From positions 152,272,001-152,336,000 of the forward strand of contig OZ024742.1 in the NCBI GenBank assembly GCA_964016885.1: a stretch of DNA of 64,000 nucleotides. The letters run 5' to 3'. The DNA is from Eledone cirrhosa. Taxonomy: Eukaryota. Position numbers and translations under genes: made by a program. Below, in pieces: positions 15,101 to 28,570 of this stretch. The notes below the pieces were generated by a model. The model was not told the origin of the DNA and searched no databases. It worked only from the letters and a program-made list of their open reading frames with translations. Position 1 is the stretch's first letter. Every line of letters begins with the position of its first letter.

Positions 15101-15268
15101 CCTTCTATAAAATAAAATATATATATATATATATATATGCAAAAGTTTTATTTAAAATTGTTGGGTTACAACGAGTAAATATTTTATAACTGATATAAAA
15201 GCACTCAACCGATTTTGGAGTATTTTACGATATTAAACAAATGGAAACTACATTTATAAAACCATATT

Positions 15269-15334
15269 TATTTCATTATATATATTTCAGGGATATCATA
15301 TTAAAAATATGGTATGCCCTCTTCAGACAAAATA
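15269..15334 (-). ncRNA. Type I hammerhead ribozyme, family D (CTGAAGA core), in a PLE-end fragment at ~15140-15390
   Basis: Homolog of 26151-26216. Confidence 0.75.
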
Positions 15335-15487
15335 CAATATATAAACAGTTTTATAAATAAATTTGACATACCTTAAAACTTTACAACTTCCATTTAAAAA
15401 TATATATATATATATATACGTATATATATAATAAATGAAGTCTTCATTTATTATACTTAAATGCAACAACACTTCTCGCCATTTTTG

Positions 15488-15525
<38 letters not shown>

Positions 15526-16369
15526 ATATATATACATAGGGGAAGATGTGGGCGTGGACATGTAAGTGTGTGCCAAGTTTACACAAGCACATATACATAT
15601 ATATAGTAACAGTACAATTGCATACTCCACAAGCTACATCACGAATATTGTTAGTTTGGTTTTTCCGGCAATGTGCTCGAAAAATATTCATGTAAATTAC
15701 GAATGTAGAAACGGAAAGCAAATTTTGAAATATGATGACGTACAGAAAATATGAGTAATATTACCCCGTACCATGTTTTCCGTTACATGACATTGTCTCT
15801 CTCTCTCTACAGCTCTATCTGTTATCACAAAATATACAAAAAGATAACCCTCCCTCATCCTGTCGTATGAAGTTTATTATATTACGTTTGGTTATATTGT
15901 TTTTGACTCAAACCCTTTGTATAAAGTGAAATTCATTTACTCGATTGTATCTGCCATATCATTGATATATAAAAGTTGAATATATAAATAAAAATATATG
16001 AAAATTCAATTACAGTAATTAATGAATTATATAAGTTAAAACACCAAACATAACAAAGTGGATAGGATTTTGCCAGGTTTTGCCAAGTTAAAATGTCTTC
16101 CACCAAGCTCCGAATAGATCATGCTATAGACAATATAGAATTGTATTAGAGCACACTTGTATTAATCATTCTCTGTGGAATAATTAGAATTTTACATAAC
16201 CAAAGAGTTACAATTAATGGCTAATTAAAACAGTTTATTAATCGCCAGTGTTGTGTTATAAGTATAGTAATTAGCATGTATATTAAGACAGAACGTATGG
16301 AGTTAATTTAACCTAGTTAGAATATGAAATTCAATACTCAAGACGTTAGATTCTAATTGTAAAAGAAAT

Positions 16370-16700
16370 TTTCTAAGGCTCCCGTCAGTCACTAATGATC
16401 GTGGTTTTTCTCATAGAAAGATTCCTTCTGAAGCACAAGTCTGGGCAATGTTTGTTTGCGGAAGACCAGCAGTCGCCCATGCATACCAGTATCTCCTCTC
16501 CACGCCACCGATGTTGTCCAATGGGTGATACAGCTTGGCACCAGTGAGGTCGCAACTCAATTCTAGAGCTGTGTGAACTGGAGCAACGTGAAATAAAGTG
16601 TTTTGCTGAAGAACATAACGCATCACCCGGTCCGAGAGTCGAACTTACACCCTCTCAATTGCAAATAGTACGTTATAACCAGTAAGCCATGTACCTTCCC
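16370..16700 (-). mobile_element. tRNA-derived SINE (CORE-like, cephalopod type)
   Basis: Minus strand begins GAAGGTACATGGCTTACTGGTTA..GTTCGACTC (A/B boxes), then GCAAAACACTTTATTTCAC. A related copy lies at ~42385. Confidence 0.65.
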
Positions 16701-17074
16701 CAAAAAGAATACTATTTTGTTATTCTCACTTCTATGTGGAAAATGATCAGAGGTGTTAGAATGATTTGCTATGTTCGTTCTGGATGTCTGCGCTTTCTGA
16801 GTTCAAACATAACCAAGGTAAATGTAGCGTTGCACCATTTCGGGATCGATTAAAAGAACAAAAACAATCCTGAACCTATATCTCTCACATTCTTTTTATA
16901 AATATCGCTCTTCTTCTCTGGACGAAATTGGCTATATTCGAACATGAAGAGTGATGGACTGCACCAGCCATAAAATGAAGAAACAAACTCACAATTCCAC
17001 AAGGAGTGACAGGTTCCAGTATATATACATACTACTAGGTAGTGGCTAGGTTGCCAGGTTGCCCAATAACAAGT

Positions 17075-17340
17075 GAGTTTATAAGTACGAATTTTCAGTA
17101 GATCTTCGTAGCTGTCTCAGTGGACTAGCCGTAGGTACTAGAAACGGTGGAGATTCTAGTCTTGTGTTCAATCCTGGGCGAGAGGTGCATCTAATCCTTT
17201 TCAGTTTTTATTTTACATCCCATAGAAAAAAATTACCAGGATCGAACTTCGGACGAGGATCACCACCGTCTGTGATTCCTCCAACTAGGCTACCGAGACA
17301 GCTACAAAAGTATTATGAAAATTAATAATTATAAACCGAC
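17075..17340. repeat. Imperfect inverted repeat of two tRNA-like (A-box/B-box) heads
   Basis: GTAGCTGTCTCAGTGG..GTTCAATCCTGG (17108-17176) versus its diverged reverse complement at 17236-17305. Confidence 0.55.
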
Positions 17341-17707
17341 TTTCAAAATCAAAGTTAAAAATATGTGGTGTCGTTCATGGCTTTCCTAGAGTTATTAGTC
17401 ATATTTAGGGTCGACTTGTCAAATTTCTGGCTCTTTGGTAACAACCTTATTATTCCTATGTGTGTTTAACTGTTGAATTAATTTAACTTGATTATTTTAA
17501 CAAGCAAATAATATATATATATATATATAATGCCAAACATTGTAGTGCAAATAGCTGGAATAAGTGTTTGTAAATCCTACTAAATCTAAAGCGTAGTGTA
17601 TTCATTCATGCATCCAAACATGCATATATAGGCACACACACACACATACACATATATATATATATATATATGTGTGTATATATATATATGTGTATATATA
17701 TATATAT

Positions 17708-17748
<41 letters not shown>

Positions 17749-17904
17749 TATATAAATAAATAAATAAGTATATATATATATATAAATATATATATATACA
17801 TATATATATATAACGAAGGAAATGTGGTAAGGAACCAGGTGGACCATAACGCACCAAAGTACTCAATACTTAGGGTAGTAGAGTGGGTAATACGAACAAG
17901 TAAG

Positions 17905-17998
17905 ACCCCGACGGCTGAGCTCAAGCCGTTTCGACGGCTAATTCTGGACTAAATGAAAATTTATCCTGGTATTTAAATAGCCGATCTTCTCAAGGGGT
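17905..17998 (-). ncRNA. Hammerhead ribozyme, family C (U3-A8 core)
   Basis: Reverse complement of 21502-21595. Confidence 0.8.
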
Positions 17999-19110
17999 AA
18001 TTCCATATATGGTCAAAGTGATTGTCAAAAGTCAGTAGTAATTCTGTGATTGCAAATTAGTAGGGGAGATCGTGGCTCAACCTGCCAGTAGGAGAAAGAG
18101 GGGAGGGGGTGGAGTAAACCCAATCAAGCGTTGGTAGTGCCAGCTACAGCTGGGCATGAGGTCAAAGAAGATACTGGGGAGGGGGAGGGGGAGGAAGTCG
18201 GAACGGTAGGTAGAACAATGAGGGGTAAAAATATATAAGAAAGAAAAAATACTGAGAGTGAAGAAAAGCGAATAAGTGTAAAGAAAAAAGTGTAAAGAAA
18301 TAAGTGTAAAGCAAGTTCTACGACCTAAGTCTCTAGCTATTGTTAGGCTAGATAGATAAATAAAGAAAGAAAGAAAGAAGTAAAGAAAGAAATAAAGAAG
18401 TAACGAAATAAGTAAATGAACTAGGTGGGACGGAATAGGCAAGGACCCTTTTAAGAGGTATAAGTACGTAAATCATACGGTCACGGGTCAACAAATGGGG
18501 CCAAAATACTAAAGAGACTACCACGAAATAAATAATAAAGGTTTCTATCCCGGGCACAATGCCAGCAACCACCCAGTGCAGCAAAGTAAACTAGTAGGAG
18601 ATAATAATTCTGAGTCCCGAAAAAAATATATACTAATGCTAACTCTAAAAGATCTTATACAAGCTACATGAAAGTTCGTACGAAGTAAAGTTAGAATACG
18701 GACAAATAAATTCAGAATCCACCCCGCCCAAAAGAAAAGCGAAGAAAGAAATACTGAAACGAGAAAATAAGGCATAAGTGCCACTAAGAAATATAGAAGG
18801 CACGGAAAATAGTGGGAGCGGTCGTAAAAAGGGGGCAAGTATCCGGGGTCTCAACCAGCTGCTATAAAAAGCGGAGTCCGCCAAATCTATCATAGACTAG
18901 GGGAGGGGGTAGGGGTACTGAGGCTACAAGGGCCAAAGGGCAGCCTCGGGTGGGCGAGAAAAGACGCCGACAAAGAAGAAGAGCTGGGGTAGTAGGACTA
19001 AGGAGGGATGGGGGGAAGAAAGAAATAAAGCAAGCGATAAAAGAATAAAAAGATCTTACGTCTCCCTTGGCAAGCAGGGGTTACCCATTGCAAAATCGGC
19101 AAGTGGGGTG

Positions 19111-20385
19111 TTATAGCCCTAGTCTACCCCCCCCCCCCGGGTCATTATGGGGTTTGAGGGCGAGGTAAGTCCTACGCAATCTATGTTTACATGCAGTAAC
19201 CAGTTCATCTTTCTTGTTTAGGAGTTGGTCCGTCGAAAACAGCATTTGTAAAGTTTCCTCCGAGCATAAACTGCACGGACGGCGTCCTCCCGTGTAAGAG
19301 TTGGCTCTGGACAGTAATCTCCAAGTGAGATCATAGGTGATGTTGTTGTCCTTGAGGTCCCATATGTGGCCCGAAAGGGTAGTGGCGTGACGCCGGGCCG
19401 GGTTTCGGAAGGTATGTCTATGTTGGTATAGCCGGGTCTTGAAGTCACATGCGGTTAGTCCTATATAGGCTTTGTTGGAGGTATCCGTCCTCACGTTGCA
19501 CTGGTAGATCACATTACGGTCTCTGCATCTATTGTCGAGTGGGCAAATGGATCTATCCGGACAGTTACACCTCCTGGTCGGTTCTCCACTGCTATTTAGG
19601 TTATTTCTGCCATCGGGGTTGAGTTTTTTGTTGTTAGAGGAGACGATGTTTTGTGCGAAGTTTGGTGTAGTGCTGTAAGAGAGTTTGATGGTATTTTTGT
19701 TAATTATGTTGTGGTAGCGGTGTTGTAGTGGGAAGTGTTTTTCAATGAGCCTAAAGAATAGTTTCCCGATGGGAGTTGTCACCTCTGCGTTGTGGGGAGG
19801 ATTGAACCATGTTACATTGTGTGAGCGGCGGTGTCTCGCGCTGGTTCCGCTAATGGGAGCTGGACAGTAGGATATTTCCTCCCGGAAACCACTCCGCTTG
19901 AGGGCCTGGTTGTAATAAGGCTCATGTTCATCGAATATCCGCTCATTAGCTGACAAACGGGATATGCGGAGGGAGATGTTTTTGACCAGATTGTTTGTGA
20001 TGTTCCTAGGATGGTTGATCGGCGGTGGATGTAGTGCAGGTTGTCATTAGGTTTCCTGTATGGGTAGTACAGGTCGTTTTCGAGGTCGAGGGTCACGTCC
20101 AGGAAGTTTACTCGGGTCAGGGACGTTTGTAGGGTTATTTTAAATCCCCAGTCGCGGAAGAAGCTGATTAATTGTTTCCGGACCCGATCTGTACTACTGG
20201 CGTTGTACCCTTTAAGGGTAAGGAGCCCATCATCACGGTACAATCCACCACCGAATGCAGGAAACATATCAGTGAGTTTGGCTATTAGGAATAATCCTAT
20301 AAGATCTGTGACCTCCGCCGAATCCGTGGCGCCCATGCTGACATCGAAGGGTGAGTCGGGAGCTCTTTTTATCCATTTAGAGGGG
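19111..20385 (-). pseudogene. PLE reverse transcriptase C-terminal half plus GIY-YIG endonuclease (one frameshift)
   Basis: FDVSMGATDSAEV..GLYRDDGL..VNFLDVTLDL; WFNPP; CNCPDRSICPLDNRC; VIYQC..AYIGLT..FKTRLYQH. Confidence 0.93.
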
Positions 20386-21501
20386 TGTAGACTAGGGCTA
20401 TAACACCCCACTTGTCGATTTTGCAATGGGTAACCCCTGCTTGCCAAGGGAGACGTAAGATCTTTTTATTCTTTTATCGCTTCCTTTATTTCTTTCTTCC
20501 CCCCATCCCTCCTTAGTCCTTCTACCCCAGCTCTTCTTCTTTGTCGGCGTCTTTTCTCGCCCACACGAAGCTGCCCTTTGGCCCCTTGTAGCCTCAGTAC
20601 CCCCACCCCCTCCCCTAGTCTATGATAGATTTGGCGGACTCCGCTTTTTATAGCAGCTGGTTTAGACCCCGGATACTTGCCCCCTTTTTCCGACCGCTCC
20701 CACTATTTTCCGTGCCTTCTATATTTCTTAGTAGCACTTATGCCTTATTTTCTCGTTTCAGTATTTCTTTCTTCGCTTTTCTTTTGGGCGGGGTAGATTC
20801 TGAATTTATTTGTCCGTATTCTACCTTTACTTCGTACGAACTTTCATGTAGCTTGTATAAGATCTTTTAGAGTTAGCATTAGTATATATTTTTTTCGGGA
20901 CTCAGAATTATTATCTCCTACTAGTTTACTTTGCTGCACTGGGTGGTTGCTAGCATTGTGCCCGGGATAGAAACCTTTATTATTTATTTCGTGGTAGTCT
21001 CTTTAGTATTTTGGCCCCATTTGTTGACCCGTGACCGTATGATTTACGTACTTATACCTCTTAAAAGGGTCCTTGCCTATTCCGTCCCTCCTAGTTCATT
21101 TACTTATTTCGTTACTTCTTTATTTATTTCTTTACTTCTTTTTTTTCTTTATTTATTTATCTATCTAGCCTAACAATAGCTAGAGACTTAGGTCGTAGAA
21201 CTTGCTTTACTTTTTTCTTTACACTTATTCGCTTTTCTTCACTCTCAGTATGTTTTCTTTCTTATATATTTTTACCCCTCATTGTTCTACCTACCGTTCC
21301 GACTTCCTCCCCCTCCCCCTCCCCAGTATCTTCTTTGACCTCATGCCCAGCTGTAGCTGGCACTACCAACGCTTGATTGGGTCTACTCCATCCCCTCCCC
21401 TCTTTCTCCTACTGGCAGGTTGAGCCACCACCTCCCCTACTAATTTGCAATCACAGAATTACTACTGACTTTTGACAATCACTTTGACCATATATGGAAT
21501 T

Positions 21502-21595
21502 ACCCCTTGAGAAGATCGGCTATTTAAATACCAGGATAAATTTTCATTTAGTTCAGAATTAGCCGTCGAAACGGCTTGAGCTCAGCCGTCGGGGT
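21502..21595 (+). ncRNA. Hammerhead ribozyme, family C (UUGAGAA, U3-A8 core; long stem II)
   Basis: ACCCC-TTGAGAA-GAtCGGCTA..TAGCCGTC-GAAA-CGGCT tgagctc AGCCG-TC-GGGGT; predicted cleavage after GUC (21590). Confidence 0.82.
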
Positions 21596-21607
21596 CTTAC
21601 TTGTTCC

Positions 21608-21672
<65 letters not shown>

Positions 21673-22306
21673 TGAGTGAGTGTGAAAGACGAAAGTTCTT
21701 TATTATATATTTCGCAAAATGCATAATATTTTTTATTGGAGAATGTAAGGTATTTTTCCGCAAAAATTTGATTGCACTGTTTTGTTTCCACTTATGTATT
21801 CTTTGAAAATGTTATTTATTCATTATAAAAATTAAATGATGGCATTCTATATGTAGGTGGACCCCCTTCATCTCCCGGCAAACAATATTGTTAGACTCAG
21901 TCAGCCACTGCTTCTTATGTGTCACGTGTGTATAACCTTACATTAGTTATATCAAGGAAACCTGTTTGTTATGTTTAAAACTTCTGTTTACTCAAATTCC
22001 TCCCTGTCCTATTATTGCGTTATGTATAATGTCGTTTGTGAAAACGCTAAATCAAACATACATTTATAAAACTGCGTGAAGCAGCTATATTTATATTAAT
22101 TGATGACTTCTGTTACCATTTCAATGATTGGTGACTCTTGCTTTCACACAGAAGGGGCGAAATCGAATTATATTCCCATATACATATATACAAGCATACA
22201 TACATAAATGCATACGTACGTACGTAGATACATACATACACATACATACATATATGCATACATACATACATACATACATACATACATACATACATACATA
22301 CATACA

Positions 22307-22335
<29 letters not shown>

Positions 22336-22337
<2 letters not shown>

Positions 22338-23990
22338 CACAGGGGTATATTTCAAGAAGACTGTCTATCTGATACTATTTATCCTGTCATTAAAATCCTT
22401 GTTCATTCTGCTCAAGAAATGTGAAGGATACATCATTGGCTCACAGGAGAACAGAATTACGAACCTAACCCATAATTTCTTTGTGGACGATCTGAAACTG
22501 TATGCCAAGAACATAGATGGGAAGAAAAATCTTGACCTGGTTACAACGTTCTCAAAGGATATAGGAATGGAGTTTGGCCAAGATAAATGTTCTATGACTG
22601 TAAAGCGGAGAAAAACAACAACCCAATCTAGCAATATTGTAATCAATGGCCTAACTGTTTACAGATACCTGGGGATCTATGAAAACATATCCTATAATGG
22701 AATCTGTTATAAGGAACGCGTAACCAGGGAATATTGCAACCAATTAAGAAACATATGGTCATCGGAATTCTCTGTGCACAATAAAACAGTGGCTCAATAA
22801 AACAGTGTGCTGTCCTAACACCAACGTTTGGAATACTCAATTGGACGATAGACGAAATCAGAGCAATTGATGTTTGGACTCGAAAATTTCTAAACAACAC
22901 CAGAAACTTCCACATCAACAGTGACATAGACCGCCTCTACGTGAAACGTAATCAGGGAGACAGAGGCCTAAAATCAGTCCAGACAACATTTGAATCTCGC
23001 ATCATATCCCTTCGACCACATCTACGAAGCTCGAAGCGTAGGAGCCCGTCTGTCGAGCAAATCTATCTGCATGAGACAGATAAGATTATGAGAGTTGGGA
23101 AGGAACTCCTTGAATGATATTCCCTGTATGATAATAAAATACTCACTCCCAGGGAAGTCGCTCAGCAGTACCGCAGTAAATCCATGGAATAAAACTGCAT
23201 GCTTATCAGCAAAATATCATGAATTGATATGTTGCCAGGAAGCTCCAGAGTGAGAGTAATATAGATAAAAAATTAGTCTATCTTGGACCAACAACCGCTA
23301 TATTGGCTCCCACTTTGAAGGATACGCTTTTGCAATCAAGAACAGGAAATCAATACGAAATGCCTGATTCACAAAAGAGATAGGGATGCAGGCAAAACAC
23401 CTAGATGTGACAATAAGTGCAGACTCTGCAGAATTAACATCGAAGATGTCACCCATGTCATAAGCAGCTGTCCAAAGATGTCATCGCGGTACTGTCTACC
23501 TATGAGGCATGATGTAGTGGCCAAAACACTGTACAATGCAATCCGTAGAAAAGATAGCTCCGATAATAAACACATTAAAAGCTACAGCAATGTGGGAGAC
23601 ATACATATACATAATATGAAAGAGTATTGGTGGAATGTTCCAGTAAAAACCCCAATAAAATGCAGGCATAACTGACCAGATATATTGATATAGTACAGGG
23701 AAAAGAAGGCATGCACAGTAATGGAAGTTAGCTGCCTAGCAATTGCCAATATAATATAAAAAATTAGCGAAAAGGAGAATATTTATGCAGAACTAATGAG
23801 AATCTGCAGATACTCCCCCCTGACTATAACTTCAGATTTATGCCTGTGATTATTGAGGCACTGGGATATGTTAGTAACTGCCTCAATAGAAATCTTCAGA
23901 AAGAACACACCTAGTTAGGAAATTACAAGTACAATCCATTAATTGAACAGTAAAAATATGTAAAACATTCCAAACATTTTGCATCTAATA
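22336..23990 (+). pseudogene. Non-LTR retrotransposon relic (R4/Dong-like): RT, CCHC knuckle and restriction-like endonuclease
   Basis: [68 protein letters not shown]. Many stops. Preceded by (TACA)n. Confidence 0.88.
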
Positions 23991-24489
23991 ACTGTATATG
24001 CACATGTACAGATACAAAACGTATGCACATGCACACATACAACTCAAAACATCCACATCCACACATACAATAATATCCATACCTGCACACACATGCATAC
24101 ATGCATGCAGACATGCATACATATCTACTTAGTTGATGTGTTAATTCCAATGAGAGAGTCTTGTCAATATGTTAGAAACCGACTCTCTCCCTATTGGCAA
24201 AAATGTGTGAATTTATAAAACCAGAAGAACATACATACGTTCCGTTCAGCATCATTTATAATACAAAACCGTTTGTTAAATGTTTATTTTTAACTAAAAG
24301 CCTCCCAGCAGAGTGTCATACAAGAATAATTTGTAAGCTTATGTTTCAAGCACCAGATAATACTGTCAAATTTGTTACACTACTAAAGCCCTATATTTGT
24401 AAACAATATTTTCCACATTATTTGAAAATTATTAGCAGTGTGTTCCATAAGTAAAATATCGTAATAAACAGTTTAGGCTTAAGTATTAT

Positions 24490-24675
24490 CTGTAAACTTT
24501 GACACATTTTGATGGGGGAGGATTTAGTCAGTGAAATCTACTCAGTTCATTACTGGTACATTATCAAATCAATCCTGAATGGATGAATAGCAAAGTTGAC
24601 CTGACTGGAATATGGATTTAGAACATAAATACCGAAAATCATTTTATTCAACGCTCTAAATATTCTCGCAGTCAA
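24490..24675 (-). mobile_element. Degenerate octopus-type SINE copy
   Basis: Similar to 30440-30622 (CTGGTAC..GGATGAA..CAAAGTTGACC). Confidence 0.5.
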
Positions 24676-25344
24676 ATATTATTTTGGTGGAGTAAATAAT
24701 ACAGTAAATATTACAGGCTACTGTATTGGTGGTATTGATATCTTAACCTCCCTTATAACCTGTTACATAAAGGAGAAATTATATGAAGCCGTGTAGCATT
24801 CACATATTTGCCAGGGGCATTGTTGATATGAGAGTAAAGAAATTTGAAAAAAAAAAGAATCGAAAACAATCGAGGACTCGGTTCGCTAAAAGTCAAACAT
24901 CTGTAGATGCCAGCATACTTTCAAAGAGAAAATTACAACACAGCGCTTTCTCTTAAAACATGATTTCGCCTATTTTAAATTCAAGGGTCACCTCTTTAAT
25001 CTCTCATGATCAGAAATATATAGTAAGATATTTTCAACAATACGAATTTAATTTAATTAAAAATCATTAGTCCGCAAAATTTTGCTAGCGCCCACTTGAG
25101 TAATTTTCTTTCATGTATTACGTAACCCTGTATAATTCCCCAATCATTCTAGCCAATATCATAGAGCTTTACCCCACAGAACATGCGTACATCCTTTTAA
25201 AATACAGTTATGAATAGGAAACAAGCATAAACCGTATTAAGATAACGGCTAAAAAATGTTACACACACCTTATTGGAAATAATGAATTTCTTTCATTAAG
25301 AAACGGGAGAAAATCTTATGGCTATTAGTTTTATTCGCTGAAAG

Positions 25345-25407
<63 letters not shown>

Positions 25408-25441
25408 ATATCCATATATATATATATATATATATACATAT

Positions 25442-25566
<125 letters not shown>

Positions 25567-25733
25567 CATATCCATATATATATACATATATATATATATA
25601 TAATAAAAGAGAAAACACAGGTAAGCATTAAGAGAACGATTTTATCCAGGTATTTACGACCGTTTCATTGGTAAGTGCAAACTTATATTGCTATACTGCA
25701 ATAACTGGATCACAATAAGCAATTTTTTGCTCT

Positions 25734-25783
<50 letters not shown>

Positions 25784-25910
25784 AAAGTTATATTTAAATT
25801 GTTGGGTTACAACTAGTAAATATTTATAACTGATATAAAAACACTCGACAAGTATTTGGAGTATATTTACGATATTAAATAGATGGAAACTATATTTATA
25901 AAACCATATT

Positions 25911-25976
25911 TATTTCATTATATATATTTCAGGGATATCATATTAACAATATGCTATGCCTTCCTCAGACAAAATA
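25911..25976 (-). ncRNA. Hammerhead ribozyme, family D
   Basis: Reverse complement of 26151-26216. Confidence 0.75.
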
Positions 25977-26150
25977 CAATATAAACAGTTTCATAGATAA
26001 ATAGATTCGACATACCGTACAAACATCGACTTGTGTTTGAAAAGTTGAATTGGCAGTTCAACTTTTTGGACTGCCAATTCAACTTTTCAAACACAAGTCG
26101 ATGTTTGTACGGTATGTCAAATCTATTTATCTATGAAACTGTTTATATTG

Positions 26151-26216
26151 TATTTTGTCTGAGGAAGGCATAGCATATTGTTAATATGATATCCCTGAAA
26201 TATATATAATGAAATA
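26151..26216 (+). ncRNA. Hammerhead ribozyme, family D
   Basis: TATTTTGT-CTGAGGA-AGG..CATATT gtt AATATG..CCT-GAAA-TATATA-TA-ATGAAATA. Confidence 0.78.
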
Positions 26217-26373
26217 AATATGGTTTTATAAATATAGTTTCCATTTATTTAATATCGTATATATATATATATATATATAAAACGAAGGAATTGTGGTAAT
26301 GAACCAGATGGGCCATAACGCACCAGAGTATTCAATACTTAGGGTAGTAGAGTGGGTAATAGGAAACAGTATG

Positions 26374-26469
26374 ACCCCGACGGCAGAGCTCAAGCCGTTT
26401 CGACGGCTATTTCTGGACTAAATTAGGATTTTTAGCCTGATAAATAAATAGCCGAACTTGTCAAGGGGT
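26374..26469 (-). ncRNA. Hammerhead ribozyme, family C (UUGACAA, U3-A8 core)
   Basis: Minus strand reads ACCCC-TTGACAA-GttCGGCTATTT..AAATAGCCGtC-GAAA-CGGC..GCCG-TC-GGGGT. Confidence 0.8.
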
Positions 26470-26832
26470 ACATCCTTATATGGGAAGATTGTAGTTGTCG
26501 AGAGGATTGGTCAAAATGTGTTGTAAACATAAATAATTCTATCATGGCATTTGGTGGGAGGTAGGGGTGGCTTAACTTGCCTGTAGAACAATGAGGGAGT
26601 GAGTGGAGCCGGTCAAGCGTTGAAATCTATACAGCAGATTCTACACTATCCTTAGAATCTGCTGTATAGATTTCACTTTCAACGCTTGAACGTCTCCACT
26701 CACACCCTCATTGTTTTACAGGCAAGTTCAGCCACCCCTACCTCCCACCAAATGCCATGATAGACTTATTTGTGTTTACAACACATTTTGACCAATCCTT
26801 TCGTCAACTACAATCTTCCCATATAAGGAAGT

Positions 26833-26928
26833 ACACCCTGACAAGTTCGGTTATTTATTTACCAGGCTAAGAATTCTAATTTAGTCCAGAAATAGCCGTC
26901 GAAACGGCTTGAGGTCTGCCGTCGGGGT
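26833..26928 (+). ncRNA. Hammerhead ribozyme, family C, mutated copy (CTGACAA)
   Basis: Opposite arm of the same palindrome; positions 3 and 8 are mismatched. Confidence 0.6.
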
Positions 26929-26950
26929 CATATTTTTTCCTATATATATA

Positions 26951-26985
<35 letters not shown>

Positions 26986-27864
26986 CAACGGAGGTAGAAC
27001 ATATTTTTATGGTTTGAAAACCTATTCATTCTTCCAATTCAACATTACCGCCTGACGTCATTTCTTTTGCAGACATTCTGAATGTAATACTAGATATATC
27101 CAATGTGGAAAAAATCCGGTTGGATGGTTACGATTGGCTTGTCGATTGTTGATTGGTGTCCTAGATGATAACTGAAATGGAATTAAACAACAAAAACAAG
27201 GGCATTGACAAAATGAAATGTAGTGGATTCCACTGCACTTTTGCAATGAAAACTACATCTTGGAATCGGTTTGCCGAGAGCTTCGTTCTAAATTTAGAGA
27301 GTTTTACACATTACACAAATTCATTGAACAGGGAAGTTGTAGAAGTTAAAAGAAAAGCATCATAAACAAAAACGCTTTTGTAATAAAACATCAGAAAAGG
27401 CGTAAACATTTGATGTCCTGATATGGTTCCAAAGGCCATAGCAACAGCCATAACAACAAGGCTTTGAATGTTAAACTATCCTATGAGAGTCGTGTATAAA
27501 ATCTCATTGAAGTTGATGTCTCCGTGTGTATATGTATATAGTATGAATGTTGCGTGTGTATTCATGTATACGTGAAAACGTAAGTGCATGTTTGTTACTA
27601 TATCTCTATAATCATATATGTGTGAGGATGTATGCGTATTTAAGTAATAATGTCCCTTTAAGTCTAGAAGTGAAAAGTGCGAACTAGGAAGGAGCAGACA
27701 AGCAGACAGACAGATACAAAATGAGATAGAGAGTGGGCATGGAATGGAAAGACTGAATGCGTATAAAGAGAGGGGATGAACGACATATATGTGTGTGTAT
27801 GTATATATATATATATATATATACAATATTAAATAAATGGAAACTATATTTATAAAACCATATT

Positions 27865-27930
27865 TATTTCATTATATATATTTCAGGGATAACATATTAA
27901 CAATATGCTATGCCTTCCTCAGACAAAATA
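27865..27930 (-). ncRNA. Hammerhead ribozyme, family D, in a PLE-end fragment starting at ~27822
   Basis: Near-identical to 25911-25976. Confidence 0.72.
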
Positions 27931-28500
27931 CAATATAAACAGTTTTATAGATAAATAGATTCGACATACCGTAACAACATCTACTTGCATTTGAGAAGGT
28001 TGATTTGGTTGTGACAAAATTGTACACAGAGAGAAAGAAAGAGAGAGAGAAAGAGAGAAAAAGAGAGAAAAAAGGAAAGAAAGACAGAAAACGAAGAAAA
28101 AGAAAAAGAAGAAATGCATGGAACAAAATAGAGAGATGGAAAGATAGATAAAGAGAAGAACTTCATGTAAAGAAACAGAAAGAGATATATATATATATAG
28201 AGAGAGGAAATAGAGATAGATACATATATAGAAAGCTACGTAGTGGGACAACTGTTGAATAACGTATCAATGATACATTTATTTATTTATTTATTTATTT
28301 AGCTCTAGTATTAATGTAAGGGAAATATATGGAGGGAAACCAGCTGTTATATAGGGAGAGAAAAAATATAGATAGAGAAAAAAAAGAGAGAGAGAAACTT
28401 CAAAAATATCCAGTCACAGGCGAGGCGTACAAACCTCTGTTTTAATGTAGAGGTACTAGTATTTACAAAACCAGCCTCTGCATTGCAAATTTCACACATT

Positions 28501-28570
<70 letters not shown>

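Larger units (their letters stand above)
9763..15118. mobile_element. Penelope-like element (Neptune-type, family A) fold-back insertion in (TA)n, with a nested insertion
   Basis: 9830-10957 plus ~12000-12160 is the reverse complement of ~13830-15118. GIY-YIG coding fragment at 12175-13058. HHR in both arms; (TA)n on both flanks. Confidence 0.88.
17811..21610 (-). mobile_element. Penelope-like element (Neptune-type, family C) with a 1.2-kb inverted 3' duplication
   Basis: Arms 17890-19125 and 20386-21610 are inverted. RT/GIY-YIG lies between them. Tail 17811-17889 is on the left arm only; (TA)n flanks. Confidence 0.92.
25782..26260. mobile_element. ORF-less palindromic PLE-end insertion (family D)
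   Basis: Arms 25868-26063 and 26068-26260 are inverted. Tail 25782-25867 is on the left only; (TA)n flanks. Confidence 0.8.
26280..26943. mobile_element. ORF-less palindromic insertion of a family-C-related PLE end
   Basis: Arms ~26358-26643 and ~26652-26943 are inverted. Tail 26280-26357 is on the left. Confidence 0.82.
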
